From the NCBI GenBank assembly GCA_017525035.1, contig JAFXTH010000023.1, positions 115,687 to 179,686 of the forward strand: 64,000 bases of DNA, given 5' to 3'. The notes under the pieces were generated by a model. That model was given only the letters and a program-made list of their open reading frames with translations. It made no database searches and was not told the DNA's origin. Below are positions 37,986-47,585 of this stretch, piece by piece. Origin of the DNA: Bacilli bacterium (GTDB lineage Bacteria > Bacillota_I > Bacilli_A > RF39 > UBA660). Numbering within the stretch: position 1 is the first letter of the stretch; each line of letters begins with the position of its first letter. Both the position numbers and the translations under genes were made by a program.

Positions 37986-38121
37986 TTTGCTCTCCTATTT
38001 TATTTTATATATATAAGTGTACTACATTTCAAATCCTTTTGCTAGTATTATTCAAAATGTTTGTAAGAAAAATTATAGAGATTTATAAAAAAATATGTTA
38101 TTATTCTTAGTGAGGTGTTTT

Positions 38122-38535
38122 ATGAAGACTGTTAGAAATATATTATTAATTGCAATTTCAGTTTTTTTGTTATCTGGTTGTGGAAAAAACAATTTAAAAA
38201 CATTAAGTTATAATGAATTAAATAAAAAAATGGAAAATGGTGATACTTTCTTTTTTGAAGTAGTTCAAGATGGCTGCAGTCATTGTGCTAATTTCACACC
38301 AAAATTAAAAGAAGTATTAAATGAATATGACGTAGTTGGATACCAATTAAACATAACTAATATGTCTGAAGAAGAATATGATGAATTTTATGGCGTATTT
38401 GGTATAAGTAGTACTCCTACTACTGTATTTATAACAAATGGTAAAGAAGTATCTGTAGTTAAAAGAATTGATGGAGACGTTTCTAAAGAAAAAATTGTAT
38501 CTAAATTAAGAGCAAATAAATATATAGAAAAATAA
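38122..38535 (+). CDS. Thioredoxin-fold lipoprotein with CxxC active site
   Basis: Lipobox FLLSGC and active-site-like motif DGCSHC. The start is trimmed to the ATG at 38122 after GAGGTG. It is divergent from the Cys-rich operon. Confidence 0.7.
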   Translation: MKTVRNILLIAISVFLLSGCGKNNLKTLSYNELNKKMENGDTFFFEVVQDGCSHCANFTPKLKEVLNEYDVVGYQLNITNMSEEEYDEFYGVFGISSTPTTVFITNGKEVSVVKRIDGDVSKEKIVSKLRANKYIEK

Positions 38536-38543
38536 AAGAATGG

Positions 38544-39479
38544 TTATTTACCATTCTTTTTTTTGTTTGAAAATAATTCTCCCAAGTTTTTACTTGGCAT
38601 CATTATGTAAGTGTTTGGGTCAATCTTTATTTCTACTTCATTAGTGTGCACATCAAACTCTTCTCCATCCATACACCATGGGATATCGCTTTCTTCGTTG
38701 AACTTTATTTTAATACAATCACTCTTGTAAAAATAAAATCCTGGTACATGAGTTATATCTGTTTTTCTAAGATACTTTAATGATTTTAATATATCTTTTC
38801 TTTTTTTTATGTTACAAAATAAAATTTCAAATTTATTATCATCTAATTTTATATCATCATATATTTTCATACCTGCAATTCTTGTTGCATTTGTTACTGC
38901 CAAAAATGAATATAATCCATTATATTCTTCACCATTTACTGTGAAGGTAAGATCGTGTAAATTCGTTGGGCCAAAAAAGTTTTTAACACCATTAAATACA
39001 TATGCTAAATAACCAAATCTTTTTTTAGCTTTTCTCTTTGTTTCATATGGTATGTTCATAAATTTACCAAATCCTGCAACGTATATAAATGGTTCTCCAT
39101 TTATTGTACATACATCCATTTTTCTAGTTGTGCCTTCCATAAGCATTTGTAAATTTTTAATACGATCTTTTTCATAGCCAAACATTTTACCAACATCATT
39201 TGTTGTTCCCATAGGAATGTGTGCTAAAACAAGTCTTTTTTCTCTTTTAAAGTTTCCCCTCATCGATTCATTGAAAGTACCATCACCACCTATTGATAAT
39301 ACCAAATCAGTATCATTAGGCAATTCACTAACAATGTCAATTACGTGGCCTTTATAATTTGAAGTTATAAATTTAACTTCATAATCGTTATCATTTAGTA
39401 TTTTTTCATATTCTTCTATAAAATCATACTTTTTTGTTTTACCACTATGTTTGTTATAAATTACTACACACTTTTTCAT
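38544..39479 (-). CDS. dagK: Diacylglycerol/lipid kinase (DagK/YegS family)
   Basis: Motifs SIGGDGTFNE and IPMGTTNDVGK. Confidence 0.8.
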   Translation of the reverse strand: MKKCVVIYNKHSGKTKKYDFIEEYEKILNDNDYEVKFITSNYKGHVIDIVSELPNDTDLVLSIGGDGTFNESMRGNFKREKRLVLAHIPMGTTNDVGKMFGYEKDRIKNLQMLMEGTTRKMDVCTINGEPFIYVAGFGKFMNIPYETKRKAKKRFGYLAYVFNGVKNFFGPTNLHDLTFTVNGEEYNGLYSFLAVTNATRIAGMKIYDDIKLDDNKFEILFCNIKKRKDILKSLKYLRKTDITHVPGFYFYKSDCIKIKFNEESDIPWCMDGEEFDVHTNEVEIKIDPNTYIMMPSKNLGELFSNKKKNGK

Positions 39480-39492
39480 TACTCCTCCATAA

Positions 39493-40842
39493 CTACTTAA
39501 TAGTTACAATGCAACTAATTGGATTGTGATCACTCATAAATCCTTTTTCGTTGGAATCACTATATATTTTTTCATCTGAATACTCTAATCTTTGGTCCAA
39601 GAAAATATGATCTAATGCTCTCATATCTGGAACTGATGGGAACGTTCCTATCATATAGTCTTTAAATGGTGCTACAAATTTTTTTGAATAATTATTTAAA
39701 TTCCTATTATCCATAGTCATATTAAAGTCACCAGTTATTATCAAATATTCTTCTTCTTTTTTATGAGTATTAACTATGTTATCAAATATGTTCAATAATC
39801 TTTTTTTATTTTCAGTGCTACTGTTATCAATATGTGTATTTGCTACTAAAAATTTGGCATTTTCTCTTTCAATATGCACTAAAGTACATATTCTTGGAAA
39901 ATTATCACTTTTAGATTTTCTTCCCAATATATTTATTTTATCTGATAATGAATATGTCTTATGACCTTTTATCTTAAAATCTTTTTTTACTAAAACACAG
40001 TTATACTCGTTTGTAAAGATAATGCTATGTCTTCTTTTACCTACTATTTTATAGTCTTTTAGATTATGCTTTAAGTATCTTTTACCTTTTCTTGTTAGTT
40101 CTTGCACTCCAATTATATCTGGAGATTCTGAATCTATAAAATCTATTATTCTTCTATATCTAGTTTTCCATACACCAAAGAATTCTTCTTTTATAATATG
40201 TCTTAGATTAAATGACATAACCTTTAATTCTGGCTTTACTAAACTAATATCGATTAATTTATTTTTTTCATCAAACACTAGTTTAAATATAGTGCATGGT
40301 TTCCAATTACCATCAAAGAAAACCTTGTTTTTGAACTTATATTCTCCACCATATTTTATGCTACACCATTTCTTTAATAAAAATGTTATTGCAGTACTGT
40401 GAGATACTATGGCAATTTTATCTTCATTTTTATTATTATTAAGCACTTCCATTAAGGCATTATACATCCTATTTTGTACTTCTTTTTGGCTTTCCCCATT
40501 TTCCATTTTGAAATTTTCATCAGTCATCTGTTTCTTTTCAAAATTTTCTGGTAGTTCCTCAAAAGAATTAACACCATGCACTCTTTCTCCAAAATTTGGA
40601 TTTACCTCAAAAGTTTTTTTGTTTTTAGAAAAGAACAAAGCTGTTTCGATTGCTCTTTTATAATCGCTAGATATTAATACATCTATGTTATTAAATTCTT
40701 TATTTTTACTAGCTTCGAAAGCAATATGTTTTCCGTTTCTAGATAGTCTTGTGTTTTTATTGCATTCTAACAATGAAACTTTCTTTTTAAGTTTTATTTC
40801 TTTTGATTCAGAGTGTCTAATTAAATATACAGTTATAGCCAT
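39493..40842 (-). CDS. Fusion protein: histidine phosphatase (PGAM-like) domain plus endonuclease/exonuclease/phosphatase (EEP) domain
   Basis: N-terminus VYLIRHSESK (RHG motif) and later VSHS. The C-terminal half has IIGVQEL, TGDFN and SDHNPI blocks typical of EEP enzymes. Confidence 0.65.
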   Translation of the reverse strand: MAITVYLIRHSESKEIKLKKKVSLLECNKNTRLSRNGKHIAFEASKNKEFNNIDVLISSDYKRAIETALFFSKNKKTFEVNPNFGERVHGVNSFEELPENFEKKQMTDENFKMENGESQKEVQNRMYNALMEVLNNNKNEDKIAIVSHSTAITFLLKKWCSIKYGGEYKFKNKVFFDGNWKPCTIFKLVFDEKNKLIDISLVKPELKVMSFNLRHIIKEEFFGVWKTRYRRIIDFIDSESPDIIGVQELTRKGKRYLKHNLKDYKIVGKRRHSIIFTNEYNCVLVKKDFKIKGHKTYSLSDKINILGRKSKSDNFPRICTLVHIERENAKFLVANTHIDNSSTENKKRLLNIFDNIVNTHKKEEEYLIITGDFNMTMDNRNLNNYSKKFVAPFKDYMIGTFPSVPDMRALDHIFLDQRLEYSDEKIYSDSNEKGFMSDHNPISCIVTIK

Positions 40843-40941
40843 ACTATCACCAAAATAATTATAACATAATTAATTATAATAATTCTTTATATTTTTAATG
40901 TTTTATGTTATGATAGTGACAATTTATACGTTGGGGGTTTT

Positions 40942-41838
40942 ATGTTAACTATAGCAGATAAAATTAGAATGATTGAAAAAGAAATCGAAAGACTCAGTCA
41001 AGAACTTGAAAATATGGATCCTAAAGATCCTGATAACAGATTTAAATACGCCAATAAACAAAGTGAACTAAATATTCAAAGACGCAAATTAGAAGAATTT
41101 ATTGAAAAACAAAATCAAGAAAATAGCCAAATGGAAAGAACTAAAACAGGAAAATTCATTACTCCTTTTGCTGGTGATGATAGATATAAAAAATACACAA
41201 ATAAGAATGCTTTAGATATTTTCAGAATTGCTTATTACAAAGAATTAGGAAAAGATGCAACAATTGCCGATATAGGACAAAAAGGGTTCTTTGATAGCCT
41301 ATCACCTATGAGTGCGTATTTCTATCATATTAAAGATGATGAGCCTGTTTCTTATAAATTAGTAATTAAAACTGAACAAGAACACTTAAGTAAAGATAAT
41401 AATGCTTCCGTTGGAACTATAATTTCTACTGACTGCTTATTTAGTGAAGCAGCAGACGGCAATATGAGAGTTGCTACTAACTTCATGACTCAATACACTG
41501 GTAGTCCTATTAATTTAATTATCAGTGATAATAAGTTAAAACAAATTACATTTGCAAGAATAAGTGACCATGATATGGGAAAGAAGAATAATGGAGAAAA
41601 AGATTATTATGGTTTCTTTGAAAGATTATATGATGGAGAAAGCCATAACGTTGTATTCATAAGTCCAGATCTAACTAGAAATGCTAGCCAAGCAGATGTT
41701 ATAGGAGCAGCAAATGACTTTGTTCTTCCTACTAGAAGAAAAATTGCAGAAGAAAATGGTTTCAAAGATGTTAACAAATTATTGCTATTCAATGGTAAGA
41801 TAAAGAAAAAAGTATTAGGATATATTAATAGACGATAA
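40942..41838 (+). CDS. Hypothetical protein with N-terminal coiled coil
   Basis: ORF track only; no motif recognised. Confidence 0.5.
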   Translation: MLTIADKIRMIEKEIERLSQELENMDPKDPDNRFKYANKQSELNIQRRKLEEFIEKQNQENSQMERTKTGKFITPFAGDDRYKKYTNKNALDIFRIAYYKELGKDATIADIGQKGFFDSLSPMSAYFYHIKDDEPVSYKLVIKTEQEHLSKDNNASVGTIISTDCLFSEAADGNMRVATNFMTQYTGSPINLIISDNKLKQITFARISDHDMGKKNNGEKDYYGFFERLYDGESHNVVFISPDLTRNASQADVIGAANDFVLPTRRKIAEENGFKDVNKLLLFNGKIKKKVLGYINRR

Positions 41839-41856
41839 ATAATCGTCTTTTTTTTG
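41830..41856 (+). terminator. Terminator of the 298-aa plus-strand gene
   Basis: Stem gacga/tcgtc overlapping the stop codon, followed by TTTTTTTT. Confidence 0.55.
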
Positions 41857-41859
41857 CAC

Positions 41860-41885
41860 AAAAAAATTGAACATTTCTGTTCAAT
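41860..41885 (-). terminator. Terminator downstream of tRNA-Ala
   Basis: Stem ttgaaca/tgttcaa with a T-run on the minus strand. Confidence 0.5.
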
Positions 41886-41899
41886 TTTATTACTAAATA

Positions 41900-41975
41900 T
41901 GGTGGAGCATAGCGGGATCGAACCGCTGACCTCCACGGTGCAAACGTGGCGCTCTCCCAGCTGAGCTAATGCCCC
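41900..41975 (-). tRNA. tRNA-Ala (UGC), CCA encoded
   Basis: Sequence GGGGCATTAGCTCAGCTGGGAGAGCGCCACGTTTGCACCGTGGAGGTCAGCGGTTCGATCCCGCTATGCTCCACCA. The G3:U70 identity pair is present and the T-loop TTCGATC is canonical. Confidence 0.9.
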
Positions 41976-42037
41976 AAATCAAGCAACATATAAATAGTAG
42001 CATATTTATATGTTATTTGTCAATTATTTTTTATTAA

Positions 42038-42565
42038 TTATCCCTCATTATTATCAATACCATTAATAATAAAATCTTTATCCTTATGTGGTTCTTCAAA
42101 TAATAAATCTCTATAGTTTTGTTGCCTTAGTACTTCGTATAAAACAATTGCTACACAGTTGCTCAAATTAAGTGCCCTAACATTAGATGTCATAGGTATT
42201 CTCATACATCTATCTAAGTGTTGTTGTAATAGTTCTCTTGGGATACCTGTTGATTCTTTGCCAAATATCAAATATATTTCTTTATTCACATCACTATAGT
42301 CAAAACTTGTGTGTGGCTTATGACCGTATCTAGTAAAATAATAAAACTCTCCACTATTCTTACTTAGAAAATCATCATAATTTTCATATACATAATATTC
42401 TAGTTTATCAATATAATTTACTCCACTTCTTTTTAAATGGGCATCATCTATCTTAAAACCTAATGGTTTTATTAAATGAAGTTTTGTACCTGTTGCTACA
42501 CAAGTTCTCATTATATTACCGGTATTCTGTGGAATCTCAGGCTCATATAATACTATATTAAGCAT
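42038..42565 (-). CDS. trmL: tRNA (cytidine/uridine-34-2'-O)-methyltransferase TrmL (SpoU family)
   Basis: N-terminus LNIVLYEPEIPQNTGNIMRTC and C-terminus SNVRALNLSNCVAIVLYE. The ATG at 42565 overlaps the upstream stop. Confidence 0.85.
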   Translation of the reverse strand: MLNIVLYEPEIPQNTGNIMRTCVATGTKLHLIKPLGFKIDDAHLKRSGVNYIDKLEYYVYENYDDFLSKNSGEFYYFTRYGHKPHTSFDYSDVNKEIYLIFGKESTGIPRELLQQHLDRCMRIPMTSNVRALNLSNCVAIVLYEVLRQQNYRDLLFEEPHKDKDFIINGIDNNEG

Positions 42566-43076
42566 GGTCTTCACCAATTACATCATTAATTTCTAATAGT
42601 TGAATTACATCTCCAACATTTAATTTTCTATTTTCTCTTTGAACTAAATCTAGTATCTTGCCATCTTTAATTATTACAAAGGCTGGATTACTAGTTAAAT
42701 CAATTCCTTTAGAATATTTTTTATTAAAATCTATATAGAATTTTTCTACATCATTAACATCTTTTAAATTTAAATAAATTACTTCAAGATTATTGTTATC
42801 AATTAAATCAATCATTTCTTCTTCAAGAGCTCTTGATTCGTCTCCATTTGATACACCTACATATAAAAGAGCATCATTATTTTCAGTAAAATATGCATCT
42901 ATATCTCCTAGTTCTATTTCCTTAGAATGTCCTCTTAATACAGGAATAGATTTTTCATATTGTTTTTTATTATTGTATGCTACAAAGGAAACTATTGCAG
43001 TTAGTAATGTCACTACTATAATAATTGTATATGTAGTATAGTTCTTTTTTGGTATTTCTCTTTCATTTTTTTTCAT
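42558..43076 (-). CDS. Membrane-anchored thioredoxin-fold protein lacking the CxxC motif
   Basis: It has one TM segment. It aligns by eye with the 38122 lipoprotein, but the active-site position reads GDESR instead of CSHC. Confidence 0.4.
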   Translation of the reverse strand: MKKNEREIPKKNYTTYTIIIVVTLLTAIVSFVAYNNKKQYEKSIPVLRGHSKEIELGDIDAYFTENNDALLYVGVSNGDESRALEEEMIDLIDNNNLEVIYLNLKDVNDVEKFYIDFNKKYSKGIDLTSNPAFVIIKDGKILDLVQRENRKLNVGDVIQLLEINDVIGEDHA

Positions 43077-43125
43077 TATAATCACCTACTATAAAAATTA
43101 TACAATAAAAAAGATAAAAAGAAAA

Positions 43126-44934
43126 TTAATTTCTACTATCAAATTTCTTTCTATCTTGTGTATTTAATATTCTCTTTCTAAGTCTTATGAAGTGTGGTGT
43201 TACTTCAACAAGCTCATCAGAATTAATATAATCTAGTGCATATTCAAGTGATATTGGTCTTGGTCTTTTTAATACAACTGTATGATCACTTCCTGCTGCA
43301 CGTATATTTGTCAAGTTCTTTCCTTTTGTTGCATTTACTGCTAGATCGTTTTCTCTTGTATGTTCACCAACAATCATACCTTCATAAACATCTACACCTG
43401 GTTCTACAAACATGATACCACGGTCTTCAAGTCCACCTAATGAATATGCTGTTGTTTTTCCTTCATCGATTGATACTAAAACACCTAAACTTCTTTCTCC
43501 AACATCTACTGTTGCCATTTCCCTATATTCTTTAAATGAATGGTTGATGATTCCGTAACCTTTAGTAAGTGTTAAGAAGTTTGTTGTAAATCCAATTAAT
43601 CCTCTTGATGGTATTGTATAAACAAGTCTTACTTGACCATTTATATTGTTCATACTTTCCATTATAGATCCACGATGTCCTAATTCTTCAATTACGTTTC
43701 CAACTGTATCCTCTGGACATTCAATTTGTAATTCTTCATATGGTTCTAGTTTTTTACCATTTTCTTCTTTTAAGATTACTTTTGGCTTACTAACTTCCAT
43801 TTCGAATCCTTCTCTTCTCATATTCTCAATAAGGATTCCTAAATGAAGTTCTCCACGTCCTGATACAATCCAACTTTCTGCATCATTAGGTTCAACTCTT
43901 AAACTAACATCTCTTTGTGTTTCTTTTATTAATCTTTCTTCAATCTTTCTTGCTGTTAATAATTTTCCATCTCTTCCACAGAATGGTGATGAGTTTGTTC
44001 CAATTGTCATTTGAAGTGTTGGTTCGTCAATATGAAGTATTGGTAAAGCATCAAGCTTACCTGGTTCACACAATGTTTCTCCAACTGATATATCAGAAAG
44101 CCCTGCTACTGCAACTATATCTCCAGCTTCAGCGCTTTCTATTTCTATTTTCTTAAGTCCAAGATATCCAAATAATTTTTGAATTCTAAATTGCTTAACT
44201 GTTCCATCAAGTCTCATGCAAGCAACATTTTCTCCAACTTTAATAACACCATTATGAACTCTTCCTATACCTATTCTTCCTACGAAGTCATTATAGTCAA
44301 GAAGTGCTGGTTGAAATTGAAGTGGCGCATTTGGATCTCCCTTTGGTTCTGGTATTTCAGAAATAATGTAATCAAGTAAACCATTAAATCCTTTTGTTTG
44401 TGTAGAAATATCTGGATCTAAACTACTAGTACCATTTATAGCCGATGCGTAAACTACTTTGAAATCCAATTGATCTTCAGTTGCATCAAGATCCATAAAT
44501 AATTCTAATACTTCATCTACTACTTCTTTACATCTTGCTGATGGCTTATCAACTTTATTAATAACAACAATTGGTTTTACACCAGCTGCTAATGCTTTTT
44601 TAAGAACAAATCTTGTTTGTGGCATTGTTCCTTCATAAGCATCTACTACTAATAAAACACCATCAACCATGTTCATAATACGCTCTACTTCTCCACCAAA
44701 GTCTGCATGTCCTGGAGTATCAAGAATATTGATTCGATAATCTTTATAATTAATAGCTGTAGTTTTAGCTAATATTGTAATTCCTCTTTCATGTTCAAGA
44801 GGGTTAGTATCCATCGAAATATTACTAGTATCTTCATTTTCTCTAAATGTTCCACTAGATTTTAATATTTCATCTACTAATGTTGTTTTACCATGGTCTA
44901 CATGGGCAATAATAGCTATATTTCTTTTTTTCAT
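43126..44934 (-). CDS. typA: Translational GTPase TypA/BipA
   Basis: Motifs [27 protein letters not shown] and NKVD. Overall length is about 600 aa. Confidence 0.95.
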   Translation of the reverse strand: MKKRNIAIIAHVDHGKTTLVDEILKSSGTFRENEDTSNISMDTNPLEHERGITILAKTTAINYKDYRINILDTPGHADFGGEVERIMNMVDGVLLVVDAYEGTMPQTRFVLKKALAAGVKPIVVINKVDKPSARCKEVVDEVLELFMDLDATEDQLDFKVVYASAINGTSSLDPDISTQTKGFNGLLDYIISEIPEPKGDPNAPLQFQPALLDYNDFVGRIGIGRVHNGVIKVGENVACMRLDGTVKQFRIQKLFGYLGLKKIEIESAEAGDIVAVAGLSDISVGETLCEPGKLDALPILHIDEPTLQMTIGTNSSPFCGRDGKLLTARKIEERLIKETQRDVSLRVEPNDAESWIVSGRGELHLGILIENMRREGFEMEVSKPKVILKEENGKKLEPYEELQIECPEDTVGNVIEELGHRGSIMESMNNINGQVRLVYTIPSRGLIGFTTNFLTLTKGYGIINHSFKEYREMATVDVGERSLGVLVSIDEGKTTAYSLGGLEDRGIMFVEPGVDVYEGMIVGEHTRENDLAVNATKGKNLTNIRAAGSDHTVVLKRPRPISLEYALDYINSDELVEVTPHFIRLRKRILNTQDRKKFDSRN

Positions 44935-45035
44935 AACAATCACTCACTTCTATAAACTTTCTAAATTATAGCACAAAACCTTAAAAAATCAAGATTTTTC
45001 TTATTTTATAAAGAAAAAGTAATCTTTCGATTACT

Positions 45036-47051
45036 TTATTCAACATATAACATCTTAGAATAATAACTATCATTGTCAAGATCAACCATTTCAATCATTA
45101 TGTAACAATCTCTTAATGTATCTTTTTCTAATCTAATATCTAGTTTATCTTTACTATATTCAATGTTTTCTCTTTTATAATTGTTTTTCCATTCTTCGCT
45201 GATACTTTCTTGATCAAAATAATTATACTTTATCTTTGATAATGTGATTTTGTTATAATCATCAAGTTCTATAATACTTGATAAAGGATTAGAACCACTA
45301 TCCAAAATTGTTTCTACTATCTTACCTAAGTTTGCATCAAAATGAATAGTGAATAAGACATTTAAATCTTCTTCATTATTAGATAGATTTCCATATACTA
45401 TAGAATCATCCAAATCATAATAAGAAATGTATTCATCATTTACCTTCAATAAACCATTGTAGTTAAACTTAATTGTACCTTTGTTATTAGTTAATTTATT
45501 TGATTTCAATAATAATTCATAGTCATTATCGCTATCTTTTTTGAAAATGTAAATATTTGCATTTTGATATTTTTCTTTTTCTTTATCATCAAGTTTCAAT
45601 TCTATACTATTACCTTTTATAGTTATATCATTTGAAAGTTCATTAGTGTTTTTACCTGTTATTGTTCTTGTATTTCTATAATTGTTATATCGAATATCAT
45701 TAAAATCTTTTATAAAGCTTACATATGATGAATTGTTCCACATTTTTTTGAACATTATTAAATGGGCATTTATTACTTCATAGCCACTATAATAAGGAAA
45801 ATATACTGATATACCATATGAATATCCATCTTCGCTACTGTTAATAACTACCGCATCATTTATGCTATTTTTCAAATCATTTAATGCTGTATTGTTTGAT
45901 GAATATTTTCCAAGTGCTTCAACTAATGCATATAAGTCTATAGTGTCATAATCATTGTTTTGGTTTTTACCATACGTGTACAATCTTCTTCTTATTGTTG
46001 CTATATCATAATAATTATCTGAAACATCAACTGTAGCAATAAACTTATCTAAATTATTATTCAATTTATCTATTTTACTCAAATCAATTAACGATAATGT
46101 CGAATTGATGCCTTTAATATGTGTATCATTATAGTTATCTATTGCAGCATCAGATATGCTAATAAAGTATTTTGCAATATCAACAGCTGTATCATTTACC
46201 TTAACTCTCTCAAAAAATTTCAATCTATTAAATAACTTTGATAAATAAATTATTTCTTCTGATCCTAACATATATTCTGAATACTTACTCATAACGTTAG
46301 CGATATGAATGTTTTCAGTTAGGCAGTTATAGAAAATTGCTAATTCAAGTTTTTGATTTTTAAATTTACTATCTTTAAAAGCATTATCCAATTCATTTAT
46401 ATTTATAAAGTCTTCTGCAACTTCATCATGTTCAAGTCCAAAAGCTCCCATACCATGATTCCAAAAAATTAAGTCATATTTCTTTGCTGGGTAATTATTA
46501 TAAGAATAATCTAAAAATTCAGTTAAAGTATTTTTTTCACCCATGTTTAATTCAATATCATTCTTCACCTTGCTAAATCCATTAGATGTTAGTTCATATA
46601 TGGCAACTTCATCTGGATTTACAAAGTTATGCCACTTCTTAGCTCCTCCAACCATCAATACAATATTATTATTTCGAAGATCTATATTTGCTGGCACGAT
46701 TTCACTAATACTATATGTCCCTTGAGATGATTTGGATTCAAGATCAGAACCTACCATATAAATCATAAATGTTCTATTTTTTTTATTAGCATTATCTTCA
46801 ATCTCTGCAAACTTTTGTGTTAACAGTATTACGATTGGTACCAATATTAAAACTATTATAATTAATGACAATATAATCTTGCCATATCTTGTTTTTCCAT
46901 TATTTGGTGATGATACTTCATTAATATAATTGTAAGAATTATATTGGGAATTATATGTATAATAATTATTTGGTACAGATTGTTGAACTTTATTATTTGT
47001 CGTGTTATTACCATTATAATAATTATCATTTTTGTTAAAATTATTATCCAT
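45036..47051 (-). CDS. Membrane-anchored clostripain-like (peptidase C11) family protein
   Basis: Asn/Tyr-rich N-terminus, one TM segment, then FMIYMVGSDLES, FWNHGMG (His) and IFYNCL (Cys), laid out like C11 peptidases. Confidence 0.55.
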   Translation of the reverse strand: MDNNFNKNDNYYNGNNTTNNKVQQSVPNNYYTYNSQYNSYNYINEVSSPNNGKTRYGKIILSLIIIVLILVPIVILLTQKFAEIEDNANKKNRTFMIYMVGSDLESKSSQGTYSISEIVPANIDLRNNNIVLMVGGAKKWHNFVNPDEVAIYELTSNGFSKVKNDIELNMGEKNTLTEFLDYSYNNYPAKKYDLIFWNHGMGAFGLEHDEVAEDFININELDNAFKDSKFKNQKLELAIFYNCLTENIHIANVMSKYSEYMLGSEEIIYLSKLFNRLKFFERVKVNDTAVDIAKYFISISDAAIDNYNDTHIKGINSTLSLIDLSKIDKLNNNLDKFIATVDVSDNYYDIATIRRRLYTYGKNQNNDYDTIDLYALVEALGKYSSNNTALNDLKNSINDAVVINSSEDGYSYGISVYFPYYSGYEVINAHLIMFKKMWNNSSYVSFIKDFNDIRYNNYRNTRTITGKNTNELSNDITIKGNSIELKLDDKEKEKYQNANIYIFKKDSDNDYELLLKSNKLTNNKGTIKFNYNGLLKVNDEYISYYDLDDSIVYGNLSNNEEDLNVLFTIHFDANLGKIVETILDSGSNPLSSIIELDDYNKITLSKIKYNYFDQESISEEWKNNYKRENIEYSKDKLDIRLEKDTLRDCYIMIEMVDLDNDSYYSKMLYVE

Positions 47052-47138
47052 ATCATCACCTACCTTATATTTTTTATTATATCATAATTTAGTTGCCTAT
47101 TACTTGTTTTTTTTTTATAATTGGTTTAGGAGGATATT

Positions 47139-47585
47139 ATGACTATATTACCAAATACAATAGGTACTGGTTGTGGTGTTATTGTTTTAAATGATCGTAA
47201 TCAGTTACTTTTAGGACTTAAAAATGAAGATAAAGATTTAGCAGATTGTGAGCTTCATGAAGAAGGTACTTGGGCTATGCCAGGTGGCGCTATCGAATAT
47301 GGAGAAACATTTGAAGAAGCTGGAGCAAGAGAAGCTAAAGAAGAAACTGGAATAGATGTAAAAGACTTAGAAGTTTTTTGCGTACAAACGGACAAAAACG
47401 AACATGCTCATTTCGTATCTGTGGGAATGATCGCACATTCGTATGAAGGAACTCCACAAGTTATGGAACCAGATGTTATGATTGAATGGAGATGGTTTGA
47501 TTTAGATAATTTACCACCTAAAATATTCTCTCCTAGTAAAAAAACATTAGATTGTTACTTAAATCATAAGTTTTATATGGGATAA
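47139..47585 (+). CDS. NUDIX hydrolase
   Basis: Nudix box GGAIEYGETFEEAGAREAKEETGI. Confidence 0.85.
   Translation: MTILPNTIGTGCGVIVLNDRNQLLLGLKNEDKDLADCELHEEGTWAMPGGAIEYGETFEEAGAREAKEETGIDVKDLEVFCVQTDKNEHAHFVSVGMIAHSYEGTPQVMEPDVMIEWRWFDLDNLPPKIFSPSKKTLDCYLNHKFYMG

Noticed and set aside
11749-38032. Interpreting the whole cluster as a standard Tn916/ICEBs1/pCW3-type conjugative element
   Set aside because: It shares VirB4, VirD4, VirB6-like, PrgI-like and hydrolase components with those elements. However, it lacks a relaxase, integrase/excisionase, regulation module and visible att repeats in this window. It also contains a full Tad-like gene set that those elements do not have. I keep it as a finding rather than a routine ICE call.
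38004-38032. TTGAAA-17-TATAAA promoter for the first operon of the cluster
   Set aside because: The motif is present, but the -10 element would sit only about 19 nt from the ATG. That leaves almost no leader before the AGGAG ribosome-binding site. Several overlapping AT-rich hexamers fit equally well, so I do not call a specific promoter.
40942-41838. 298-aa coiled-coil protein, and the 131-aa ORF at 3581-3976, considered as candidate relaxase or DNA-processing proteins for the T4SS
   Set aside because: Neither shows a relaxase histidine triad or catalytic Tyr context, a Rep_trans/HUH motif, or an HTH. Both are separated from the cluster by housekeeping genes. No positive evidence exists.
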